From the IMG/VR virus record IMGVR_UViG_3300028886_000057, positions 32,001 through 96,000 of that record: a DNA stretch of 64,000 nucleotides; one strand, given 5' to 3'. The position numbers and the translations under genes are program-made. Below the pieces are notes generated by a model, which was given only the letters and a program-made list of their open reading frames with translations, was not told the DNA's origin and made no database searches. Positions 50,710-58,813 of this stretch are shown piece by piece. Source of the DNA: a virus. Its lineage: Duplodnaviria > Caudoviricetes. How positions within the stretch are numbered: the first letter of the stretch is position 1; every line of letters begins with the position of its first letter.

Positions 50710-51930
50710 ATGCCGATCTACAAGAGATTTGATCGACTGCCTGCGGAGTACCAAGAAGTAGAATATATAGAGTCGACTGGGACGCAGTGGATTGATAGCG
50801 GAGTAGTTGCGTCTCGCTCCTTAATTTATGAATTATCTTTAAGAATTACCGCAACAGGAGCTGTAATTGGCATCATGGGCGCAGGCGACTGGGCTGGCTC
50901 CTTTTATGTAAATGGATCATATGCTTTTGAGATGACGCTGGCATCAAGATACGTATCGTGGGATAATGTCAATACATCAGAACGCATTCACGTCATTTTT
51001 GATAATGCCAATCCGAGAATAAATGATGAAGCGCCGACAAGGATCACGTCTTTTAGTTCAGCATATAGCGGTAATGTTACGATGTTTAAAATCGGTAAAT
51101 ATAACATCAAAGCGTCTGCTTTATTATATTTCTGCAAAATCTACGATAGCGGCAATCTTATCCGCAACTTCGTTCCTTGTTACCGTAAATCAGACAACGT
51201 CATCGGCCTGTATGATTTAGTCAACGGTGTTTTCTACGTTAACCGAGGAACTGGAGAATTTCTTAAAGGACCGAATGTATACCCTACACCGAAAATCGCC
51301 ACTATTTACAAAGGTAACGTTAAGATCGGGAAGGTATACAAAGGGAATACACTTATTTATTCAAGTAATGCATTGCCTTCGGCTTATCAAAAAGTAGAAT
51401 ATATTGAAAGTACTGGTACGCAGTATATTGATACTCAGGTATTTCCAAACCACGGTCATACATATGGAGCATTAATAGATTTTCAAGCGACACTAGCGCA
51501 GCATGAAAATTGTGTATTTGGTGTATATACTGGTTCTAATACACAACTTAGATGGAGAGCAGGATATTATAGTGGAGGTTATTCTGGAATTGGTTTTACT
51601 TTTTCCGAGTTATATCCGAATAGAACTACCGCAACATCATCAAACCAATCATTTTCAATTCAAAACAATGTAACCATGAGCGTCTTCCTTTTTGCACAAA
51701 ATGAAAATGGACAAATAACACACATTAACACGTCGAAAGACAAACTATATTCTTGCCAAATCTCCCAAGATGACGTACTTGTCAGAAATTTCATTCCCTG
51801 CTACCGCAAGTCTGATAACGTCATCGGTCTATACGACCTTGTTACCAAAACCTTCTTCACCAACCAAGGAACCGGTACCTTCCTCAAAGGTCCAGACGTA
51901 AATCAAAAACGGTCGAACCGCCCCTCCTAA
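50710..51930 (+). CDS. receptor-binding protein with two tandem lectin-like domains
   Basis: Two copies of LP..YQ.VEYIESTGTQ.ID...RNF.PCYRKSDNVIGLYDLV...FLKGP. Confidence 0.7.
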   Translation: MPIYKRFDRLPAEYQEVEYIESTGTQWIDSGVVASRSLIYELSLRITATGAVIGIMGAGDWAGSFYVNGSYAFEMTLASRYVSWDNVNTSERIHVIFDNANPRINDEAPTRITSFSSAYSGNVTMFKIGKYNIKASALLYFCKIYDSGNLIRNFVPCYRKSDNVIGLYDLVNGVFYVNRGTGEFLKGPNVYPTPKIATIYKGNVKIGKVYKGNTLIYSSNALPSAYQKVEYIESTGTQYIDTQVFPNHGHTYGALIDFQATLAQHENCVFGVYTGSNTQLRWRAGYYSGGYSGIGFTFSELYPNRTTATSSNQSFSIQNNVTMSVFLFAQNENGQITHINTSKDKLYSCQISQDDVLVRNFIPCYRKSDNVIGLYDLVTKTFFTNQGTGTFLKGPDVNQKRSNRPS

Positions 51931-51949
51931 CCGAGTTCGGCAGACCACG

Positions 51950-51979
51950 AAAAAAGCCGCCCTATTCGGACGGCTTTTC
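51950..51979. terminator. bidirectional terminator at the convergent junction
   Basis: AAAAGCCG...CGGCTTTT. Confidence 0.65.
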
Positions 51980-52180
51980 TAATTCGTCGTTAATCAACTG
52001 CTCAAGCGTGGCCGCCCGCCAGTGCGATGGTAGCCAAGCTCCTTTGGTCGAGGCAATGCATTGGTATAGTAGACCATTGTACGTCACCACATCCCCATAG
52101 GTATACACTACAGTTGTGGCATATTCCGGAGCGTGATAAGTGACTGTCAAACCGCAGTTATATTTAACTTGCGCGCTCAT
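51962..52180 (-). CDS. small CBM5/12-like carbohydrate-binding protein
   Basis: YTYGDVVTYNGLLYQC...W....W. Confidence 0.55.
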   Translation of the reverse strand: MSAQVKYNCGLTVTYHAPEYATTVVYTYGDVVTYNGLLYQCIASTKGAWLPSHWRAATLEQLINDELEKPSE

Positions 52181-52383
52181 TACTCTTCCATTAAATCAAG
52201 AGTGACGGCGTAGAGCCAGAACTCATCAACGATTTCGCCTTTCGACTTTTTCGTTTTGTAGTCCTTTTTCTCTTTAATGACGGTGAAGGACGGGTTCTCT
52301 TCGCAAGCTTTGTTGCGCGCGGCCTCCATGTCACTTTCCGAATCGCAGCGGAAAACGATGGTCTTTTGTTTGGTGTAGTACAT
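52180..52383 (-). CDS. hypothetical protein
   Basis: 67 aa; upstream TTGTCA-N17-TATAAT. Confidence 0.65.
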   Translation of the reverse strand: MYYTKQKTIVFRCDSESDMEAARNKACEENPSFTVIKEKKDYKTKKSKGEIVDEFWLYAVTLDLMEE

Positions 52384-52444
52384 AGTTTCTTCCTTTCTTA
52401 TATTATTATAGCCTTTTCAAGCATAGTTGACAAATATTTTTTTA

Positions 52445-52705
52445 TTATACGCCGTACATAATGTGGGCCAACCTATCTTTCAGTGCCACTACATCAGTAT
52501 TGGCGTGAACATAGCAAGAATGCGGCGCGGCATAGCCACCACACGGCGTCCAGCAAAGTTTCACAACGCAGTCATTTTCGACGGCATACGCGTAGGCTTC
52601 ATCAATCTCTTCCGGTTTGGGTGTGCTGCTGGCAGTGGCGGTACGATTCATATCCTCTGCCACAATCCATTCAACCACCGGATGCAGTCGCTTAGAAGTC
52701 GCCAT
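52445..52705 (-). CDS. hypothetical protein
   Basis: 86 aa, overlaps the sigma stop. Confidence 0.55.
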   Translation of the reverse strand: MATSKRLHPVVEWIVAEDMNRTATASSTPKPEEIDEAYAYAVENDCVVKLCWTPCGGYAAPHSCYVHANTDVVALKDRLAHIMYGV

Positions 52706-53684
52706 TTAAATCACCCTTCCTTTGCGCGCGCACGCGGATTGTCAGCAATGCGTCCGCTTCCAATTGACGAATACGCTCCCTAGTGAAGCCGAGCGCCTGA
52801 CCGACCTCTTCCAGCGTATACTCGCGCTCATAGTCGCCCAATGCGAAGCGCATCATCAAAATGTTCTTCTGAATTTCCGGCAATTCGTCCAAATACTGCA
52901 TCAACATATCGTGCAACTCATTCTGCCGCACATATGTTTCCGGCGTCATGGATGTCTCGTCTTCGACCAGGTCGCCCAGCTCGGTGTCTTCTTCGTCGCC
53001 AACAATAGTATTCAACGAAGTCAACGGCTGCGCGGCTTGCTTATACAATGCTACGTTCTCCGCAGTCAACTTGCCGCCGCTAAGTTCGGCAATCTCTTCA
53101 TTGGTCGGCTCAGCGCCTTGATGGTCCTGACCGTACTGCTCGACAATTTTGTTGATGCGGCTAATGCCTTCAACAACGTGCGCTGGCAAACGAACCGCTT
53201 TGCGGCCCTGCATGACGAAGCGATAAATCTGCTGGTTAATCCAAGGTACGGCGCAAGTTGAAAACTTGAAACCACGCTGAGGGTCGTACTTATCCGCCGC
53301 GGTCATGCAGCCAATAATACCCTCCTGCACCAAGTCCGCCATTTCCATGCGATAGCCTTGGTAACGCTTCGCCACGAAAACAACCAACTTAATATTATGA
53401 AGGACGAGATCATCTTTTGCTTCTTTGCCGTCCTCCATTAAAAATTTAATATCTTTTTGGTCTAAAATTTCAGCATTTTGAAACTCCTTGACCAAATCCT
53501 CAAACTCCTCGGCTTCCTCGGAATTTCGGTCCTGTTTCGCCTGAAGTTCGATATAGCGAGCCATGCGTTTCGCGCGCAAACCGGCCTGAATACGCGTACC
53601 CAACTCCAACTCCTGATCGAAAGTGAGCTGGTCCTGCGGCGCGCTGTTAATCATCAATGATAGTGTAGATTGTGTAGTTGCCAT
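52692..53684 (-). CDS. RpoD-like sigma-70 factor
   Basis: NIKLVVFVAKRY, DLVQEGIIG, DPQRGFKFST, VRLPAH, TLEEVGQALGFTRERIRQLE. Confidence 0.92.
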   Translation of the reverse strand: MATTQSTLSLMINSAPQDQLTFDQELELGTRIQAGLRAKRMARYIELQAKQDRNSEEAEEFEDLVKEFQNAEILDQKDIKFLMEDGKEAKDDLVLHNIKLVVFVAKRYQGYRMEMADLVQEGIIGCMTAADKYDPQRGFKFSTCAVPWINQQIYRFVMQGRKAVRLPAHVVEGISRINKIVEQYGQDHQGAEPTNEEIAELSGGKLTAENVALYKQAAQPLTSLNTIVGDEEDTELGDLVEDETSMTPETYVRQNELHDMLMQYLDELPEIQKNILMMRFALGDYEREYTLEEVGQALGFTRERIRQLEADALLTIRVRAQRKGDLNGDF

Positions 53685-53725
53685 TTAGTTCTCTCTTTCC
53701 TTTTTCTATAATAATTATAAGACAA

Positions 53726-54040
53726 TTACTCGTTAACGTCAATAGAAAAATGGTCGATGCCCATCAAATCGAGCATGACATATTCATCGCATGCCGCCCT
53801 ATGCGCCTGAACGATAGTATCGTATGCACGTCCTCGTTCATCTGTTGCGACCAGTTCGTACTGTTGACGCTGGCACCAAAGATCGGTTGCCAACAGCTGC
53901 GCGGCGGTAGAAACACTAATACAAGCGATATTATCACTGTGTAGCGCCTTTTCAATTAATTTAACGATTCCTTTCGTTTCTTGGCCGAACGGAAAGCGCG
54001 GGCCAGATAAAGGGTCTAATCGTGCAATAACCTTTTTCAT
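53726..54040 (-). CDS. hypothetical protein
   Basis: Start MKKVIARL inferred from RBS and overlap. Confidence 0.55.
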   Translation of the reverse strand: MKKVIARLDPLSGPRFPFGQETKGIVKLIEKALHSDNIACISVSTAAQLLATDLWCQRQQYELVATDERGRAYDTIVQAHRAACDEYVMLDLMGIDHFSIDVNE

Positions 54041-54246
54041 ATTTTTTCTTCCCTTTCTTCGGCAAATTTGGCGCCGCAATATGGGCAGTAGTGTGGTAAG
54101 CCATCGCATTTATCACCGAGTTTGGCATACGAGACGCTTGTGATGCGTCCGCAGCCGGAGCAGGTTATGATTGCCACGCCTGCTTCTCGAAACGGCTCGC
54201 CGTAGGCGGTGAACGAAGGTACGAATTTAACAGTGTAAGTAGTCAT
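54037..54246 (-). CDS. small zinc-ribbon protein
   Basis: CSGCG...YCPYCGAK. Confidence 0.65.
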   Translation of the reverse strand: MTTYTVKFVPSFTAYGEPFREAGVAIITCSGCGRITSVSYAKLGDKCDGLPHYCPYCGAKFAEEREEKI

Positions 54247-54416
54247 TTTTCAGTCAGCCCCTCATTAAATTCAAATTCCATATCGCCGGCACTGTAAAGG
54301 TCCCGAATCGTCGGGCATTCACAGGCGTACAATGGGCAATCCCAGCAACGTGTTATCTCACAATGGGCGATCAATTCGCCTATTGTCATATCTTTTAGCT
54401 TCTTCTTTATTTTCAT
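54243..54416 (-). CDS. small Cys-rich protein (57 aa, not in track), paralogue of the upstream gene
   Basis: MKIKKKLKDMTIGE...CWDCPL; TAATG and ATGA couplings. Confidence 0.6.
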   Translation of the reverse strand: MKIKKKLKDMTIGELIAHCEITRCWDCPLYACECPTIRDLYSAGDMEFEFNEGLTEK

Positions 54417-54616
54417 TACTCTTCTCCTAATTCTATTTCGGTTGTATCTAAATCAAAATCTTCGATGTCTTTACAATAACAACACGCCAACATACCAGTA
54501 ACTGGTGATTTTATATAAAAGGGACATGACGAACAATTATATAGCGCTCCGCATTGACAGTTGTGACAGATCTTTTCCGCTTCACCGATGGTTATATCTT
54601 TCAGCTTCTTTTTCAT
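54416..54616 (-). CDS. small Cys-rich protein
   Basis: MKKKLKDITIGE...CSSCPF. Confidence 0.6.
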   Translation of the reverse strand: MKKKLKDITIGEAEKICHNCQCGALYNCSSCPFYIKSPVTGMLACCYCKDIEDFDLDTTEIELGEE

Positions 54617-54945
54617 TCTGCCGCTTCCTCCCATGGATTTTCAATAGCGTTTAACTGGTCACGGAATTTAATCGCCCAACGCAAGTGCTTTTGCAAGAGA
54701 AACAATTTATCATTAATAAAGGCGTCCTCAGTCGCCGGGGATGGGCGGGCGGCGTCCAATGAAATGATGTAGGGATAACCAACGCTCAACTCGAAGTGTC
54801 GGCCAGGTTGCACATATACTTCATCATAGCCATAGAAGCCGTCATCGTCATGAAAGCCGTAAACAACAGTGCCCACGGGATACCGCTTCTTTTCAGCCAA
54901 GCCATGGTCAATTAAAAACTTCTCAAGTTTAGTCATCGGCTTCAT
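54613..54945 (-). CDS. hypothetical protein
   Basis: 110 aa in a coupled small-ORF operon. Confidence 0.6.
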   Translation of the reverse strand: MKPMTKLEKFLIDHGLAEKKRYPVGTVVYGFHDDDGFYGYDEVYVQPGRHFELSVGYPYIISLDAARPSPATEDAFINDKLFLLQKHLRWAIKFRDQLNAIENPWEEAAE

Positions 54946-55105
54946 CCTCTACTAATATTTGAATTCGTTTCAGCAAATCGTTCGCATCATTAATGGTCAT
55001 GCAGCCGCAGTCCTTGCCTTCAACTCTGACGGTGCATCGTGTATAAGCGACGTCAACCAACGCCTGTACAAACTGCTTAATAATGAAATACTCTTTATTT
55101 GTCAT
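54929..55105 (-). CDS. small hypothetical protein (58 aa, not in track)
   Basis: MTNKEYFIIKQF...; GGGAG RBS; TTGTAT-N17-TATAAT promoter. Confidence 0.55.
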   Translation of the reverse strand: MTNKEYFIIKQFVQALVDVAYTRCTVRVEGKDCGCMTINDANDLLKRIQILVEDEADD

Positions 55106-55248
55106 TGCGCTTCTCCCTCTTTTCCTTTTCTATAATAATTATACGCCCAACGACCGTTATATACAACCTTTTTCAGTTAAAAAGCAAAAATAAAAAGTGC
55201 GCTTTCCTCAATCTAGGTTGAGGTAAGAACGCACTAGTTTGTACTCGT

Positions 55249-55464
55249 TTAGGCGCATAGCTCGTATCGAATATGGAACCAGCTGCGATACTGTTCCATA
55301 CGATAAACGTCGTCGCCATGAAGTTTATATTCATCCGCAAGCTGCAAATGGTAGTCATCCATAATACGATCCATAGCCATCTGAGCTTTACGCGCGGTAG
55401 CATAATGCTTCACGGGGAGCTCTCGTCCATTGACGGTAGCGATCAAAATATAAGGCTTCTTCAT
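55249..55464 (-). CDS. hypothetical protein
   Basis: 71 aa; AAGGAGGT RBS, own promoter. Confidence 0.65.
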   Translation of the reverse strand: MKKPYILIATVNGRELPVKHYATARKAQMAMDRIMDDYHLQLADEYKLHGDDVYRMEQYRSWFHIRYELCA

Positions 55465-55581
55465 ATTCTTTCTTACCTCCTTACATATATATTATGGAGG
55501 GAATTTTGCCGCCCAGCAACTTGGAAGCGCTTTCAGAATTTTGGAAAGCGCTTACATAAACAAAAAAGACCCATCAGGGTC

Positions 55582-56052
55582 TTAATTCCAATAGCCTTTG
55601 TGTAAGCCTTTTTTAAACCAACTAGTGCCCCAATCAGTTGCCGTGCGCTCGAACCAGACACTATCGTATGGAGAAAGCTCTTTACCTTTACGATATTGCC
55701 GATCGCGCCACCAGAAGCGGATTACACTGGGAATGAATACAATGAACGGGTGAAGCGGGCCGCATAGCAATGCCTGCGGTATGTTATGCCCCCATTCGTG
55801 ATACAATAGGTAGCCACGATTCCAAATACTGTTTGTGTTAGAGAAGATGAAAATACCGCCTTCAAGACCCCAACCGCTTTCGGTTATCGAGTGTGGCACT
55901 TCAACCACAATACAATGCGCTACATACCCAATATGCAGCTTTTTGCCGTATCGAATAAGGAAGAAGAGAAAGACAAAAAGTCCAATTAGACTATCTAAAA
56001 TACACCATGTAAGGCGCATAACCCACATGAGTCCACCAATAATATATTTCAT
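55582..56052 (-). CDS. membrane protein with HExxH motif
   Basis: TM segments, YHEWGHN, WFER.A; GAGGTG RBS. Confidence 0.6.
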   Translation of the reverse strand: MKYIIGGLMWVMRLTWCILDSLIGLFVFLFFLIRYGKKLHIGYVAHCIVVEVPHSITESGWGLEGGIFIFSNTNSIWNRGYLLYHEWGHNIPQALLCGPLHPFIVFIPSVIRFWWRDRQYRKGKELSPYDSVWFERTATDWGTSWFKKGLHKGYWN

Positions 56053-56181
56053 AATACACCTCGGAGAAAGAGGATAAGGCAGAATTGGGGTAGGCGGCAG
56101 CAGATACGCTAGGCCGGACAAGGACTAGTATAGCCCTCACCTCTTTCTATTTCAGTATAGAGTAGCGGCAATAGAGCATGC

Positions 56182-56206
56182 AAAAAGCCGCCCCATTTGG
56201 AGCGGC
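56182..56206 (-). terminator. hsp20 terminator
   Basis: GCCGCTCC-AAAT-GGGGCGGC-TTTTT. Confidence 0.75.
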
Positions 56207-56233
56207 GCTAGGTTATAGTATAAAGTAATTTAA

Positions 56234-56596
56234 TTATTCAGCGTATTCGATAGAAACCTTACGCGGCTCTTCAAAATGGAAGTAAACGTAAGTGAAACCA
56301 TCGGCATTTTTCCAAGTAATCTTGGAAACTTTGCGCTCCTTGCTGAGACGGAACGAATAGTTAACAGAAGATTTGTCCTTGATGTCGGCGTTTTCGGTCT
56401 CGCCAACGATGGTGAGAACGTCGCCGCTCATATCCACTTTCAGGTCCTCTTTAGCAACACCAAGAGTGTTAGCGACCAAGACCGAAGTGTTTTCGTCAAC
56501 GTTATAGATACGGTAACGTTGGACCTCTTTCATTGGGCGGCTAAAAGTGCCGTCAACCCAACCAGAAAGTAGTAAATTAAGTTCATCAAAACCCAT
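56234..56596 (-). CDS. small heat-shock protein (Hsp20)
   Basis: LGVAKEDLKVDMSGDVLTIVG...ADG alpha-crystallin pattern; GGAGG RBS. Confidence 0.8.
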   Translation of the reverse strand: MGFDELNLLLSGWVDGTFSRPMKEVQRYRIYNVDENTSVLVANTLGVAKEDLKVDMSGDVLTIVGETENADIKDKSSVNYSFRLSKERKVSKITWKNADGFTYVYFHFEEPRKVSIEYAE

Positions 56597-56694
56597 AGTA
56601 ATAACCTCCAAAACAATAAGGTAAAAACAAAATATTACTATAACCTATAGTTTATTATAGCACACTTTAAGCTCCGAGCCAAAATTAAAACCCC

Positions 56695-57459
56695 TCATTC
56701 AGAGGGGTTCGATTTATCGGCTTCGGCGTCAACATCGGCCTTAGTGCGCTGCGGCTCCGTGGCGTGATCTTTGAGGAACTCTTCCATTTCGTCATTATAG
56801 CGCTGAAACAGCAACATAGTTAACTGCTTATAAAGGACGGTCAAAATGTTGCTAGGCCGCTTCTGCCGCATTAAATACGAAGTTAAGAATACACAAAGCG
56901 TAATAAGAACGGAACCGGTGGAACGGTCCTTCATTTCTTCAATTGCCGCGGGAGACATAGCGATACGCTGCAAATTGGAGAGCAGCTCGGCGGTGTCGTC
57001 TGCCAAACTCAGTTCTAACCTCTTAGCTTCCAATAGAAACTTAACTAATGCCTTCTCATTATCCCTGCGAATAACGCGGCGCAACTCCTTACACTCACCT
57101 TCGGCTTCGTCATGCTTAGAATAGTGCAGGTCCAGCGTATTGCGGCGCCAATTAATGGCGCAGCGCAAGAGACCATTAGTTGTGCCATAGTTGATATAGG
57201 AAATGGCATAATCATCACTAGAGTAAACATGAGGATGGCCCTCTGCAGGGATAATGTCGCCAATCCAATACTCGATTACGGTCATAAGGGCCGCCGCCTC
57301 TTCACTGCGATAGGTAGAGGGTTTAGTTTCGCCTTCTTCGGAGGAAATGTACTGCAAACTATTGCCCCCGAAACGGTAAAGCGCCCAACCCATCAGACCA
57401 ATGACGCAAAGGATGATAATAAGGACTACTATTAGTTGCATTGCTGTACCTCCCGACAC
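56695..57459 (-). CDS. membrane-anchored hypothetical protein
   Basis: N-terminal TM helix. Confidence 0.65.
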   Translation of the reverse strand: MSGGTAMQLIVVLIIILCVIGLMGWALYRFGGNSLQYISSEEGETKPSTYRSEEAAALMTVIEYWIGDIIPAEGHPHVYSSDDYAISYINYGTTNGLLRCAINWRRNTLDLHYSKHDEAEGECKELRRVIRRDNEKALVKFLLEAKRLELSLADDTAELLSNLQRIAMSPAAIEEMKDRSTGSVLITLCVFLTSYLMRQKRPSNILTVLYKQLTMLLFQRYNDEMEEFLKDHATEPQRTKADVDAEADKSNPSE

Positions 57460-58286
57460 CAGTCGGCAAGCGATAAGCGGCGTCCCTCAAGATATACTTG
57501 GGGTTCGGCGTCTGATTCGTAAACGTAGACATTTACCTGATCGCTAATACTGGTGCAAGAATCTATTGCAATATAGTTTGCCGTTTCATATGGTGAAAAG
57601 TCAATTGCCGAAAGCTCGGTGATCGTTTTGAGATAGTCACCAACACTTTGGTGCAAATCAAATACAACGCGTAAACGCCATGCGTGCCAATGACCGACGA
57701 TAAGCTTTTTGTCGGGAAAGCGCTTCAAACGAATGTGCGCCTCGGTATTGGCCCAAACCGCATCATTCCATTGCCGCTTGGTGGCGGCTTCGATTGGAGT
57801 TAAATTACCGTATTCGTCAATGGGGAGCCAGCCGTGTACGCCGATAAGGTCGGGGAACTCGATGCCCCACACCGACTTGCGCATATAATAGAAGAAACGC
57901 GGCAAAGTGTGCTGGAGAGTAGGGTTGTTACCCTCCTCGATTAAATGATTCGTGATATAGAGTTTATCTTCATTACAGGCGCTCGGCTCCCAACCGAGGA
58001 AGGACGCGAAAGTAGCGCCTACTCCATTATGTTTATCATAATTGTGAGGATAATCCTCGCCTTTGAGCAGCTCTAAATCACGCACATCATGGTTGCCGCG
58101 AATAGCAATAAGGTGCGGCACATCAAGCAAGTAGTCAAGCAGCTGACGCGCAAAACGGCCACGATCCACAATGTCACCTAAAACGACCAAAGTATCATGG
58201 TCGCGGTCGAACCCTTTGGCTTTAAGCGCAATATCCACCAGGCCGGGTTCGCAGCCGTGCAGGTCGCTAATGAAAAAGTATCTCAT
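57432..58286 (-). CDS. calcineurin-like metallophosphoesterase
   Basis: SDLHG, LGDIVDRG, RGNHD, VHG, VGHWH. Confidence 0.9.
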   Translation of the reverse strand: MRYFFISDLHGCEPGLVDIALKAKGFDRDHDTLVVLGDIVDRGRFARQLLDYLLDVPHLIAIRGNHDVRDLELLKGEDYPHNYDKHNGVGATFASFLGWEPSACNEDKLYITNHLIEEGNNPTLQHTLPRFFYYMRKSVWGIEFPDLIGVHGWLPIDEYGNLTPIEAATKRQWNDAVWANTEAHIRLKRFPDKKLIVGHWHAWRLRVVFDLHQSVGDYLKTITELSAIDFSPYETANYIAIDSCTSISDQVNVYVYESDAEPQVYLEGRRLSLADWCREVQQCN

Positions 58287-58561
58287 TGTGCAAATGGAAA
58301 CCGCATCGGCTTCCCCTCCTTATATGCAATGTAACCCCAAATATTGACTTTACGGTCAACTCGGTGGTCAGTATAGATGTCGTATAAAATGCCGCCACGC
58401 AACTCGACGCCAATGCCGAGCGGGTCATGCTCATTAATAACAATAGTCCAGGATTTCATGCCCTTGGATTTCATGAACGCTTCAACTTCGTTACGCTTCA
58501 TACGGATCATGCTCCCATTCGATGTCATCGGGTAAGAGTATTGACGTGTTTTCAGGACCAA
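58283..58561 (-). CDS. hypothetical protein (start uncertain)
   Basis: Co-oriented small ORF. Confidence 0.5.
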   Translation of the reverse strand: MVLKTRQYSYPMTSNGSMIRMKRNEVEAFMKSKGMKSWTIVINEHDPLGIGVELRGGILYDIYTDHRVDRKVNIWGYIAYKEGKPMRFPFAQ

Positions 58562-58745
58562 AATTCATGAGGCGTTCTCCACCATTGGAGTCTAACTCGG
58601 TAAAATCGCCATTCGTATAAATAACGGCCGCGCACTCATCGCCAGAAACAGTGTAGCGATAGATACACATAATATCTTCTACATTCTCAACTATAAAGTA
58701 TGCATCGTCTCCGTCGAAGGTACGCAATTTCAATGTCTTATTCAT
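58491..58745 (-). CDS. hypothetical protein
   Basis: 84 aa; upstream TGGACT-N17-TATAAT. Confidence 0.6.
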   Translation of the reverse strand: MNKTLKLRTFDGDDAYFIVENVEDIMCIYRYTVSGDECAAVIYTNGDFTELDSNGGERLMNFGPENTSILLPDDIEWEHDPYEA

Positions 58746-58813
58746 ACTCTTTCCTACTTTCTATATATATTATACGGCTTACAAACGTAAAAGTCCAGCG
58801 TTTTCGCGCTGGA

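Noticed and set aside
44740-51930. Diversity-generating retroelement acting on the fibre genes
   Set aside because: No reverse transcriptase in the window; the repeats are coding and differ mostly at synonymous positions rather than only at adenines
42340-51962. Plus-strand block as an invertible segment or shufflon
   Set aside because: No flanking inverted repeats or recombinase seen; divergent promoters on the left and a bidirectional terminator on the right explain the orientation
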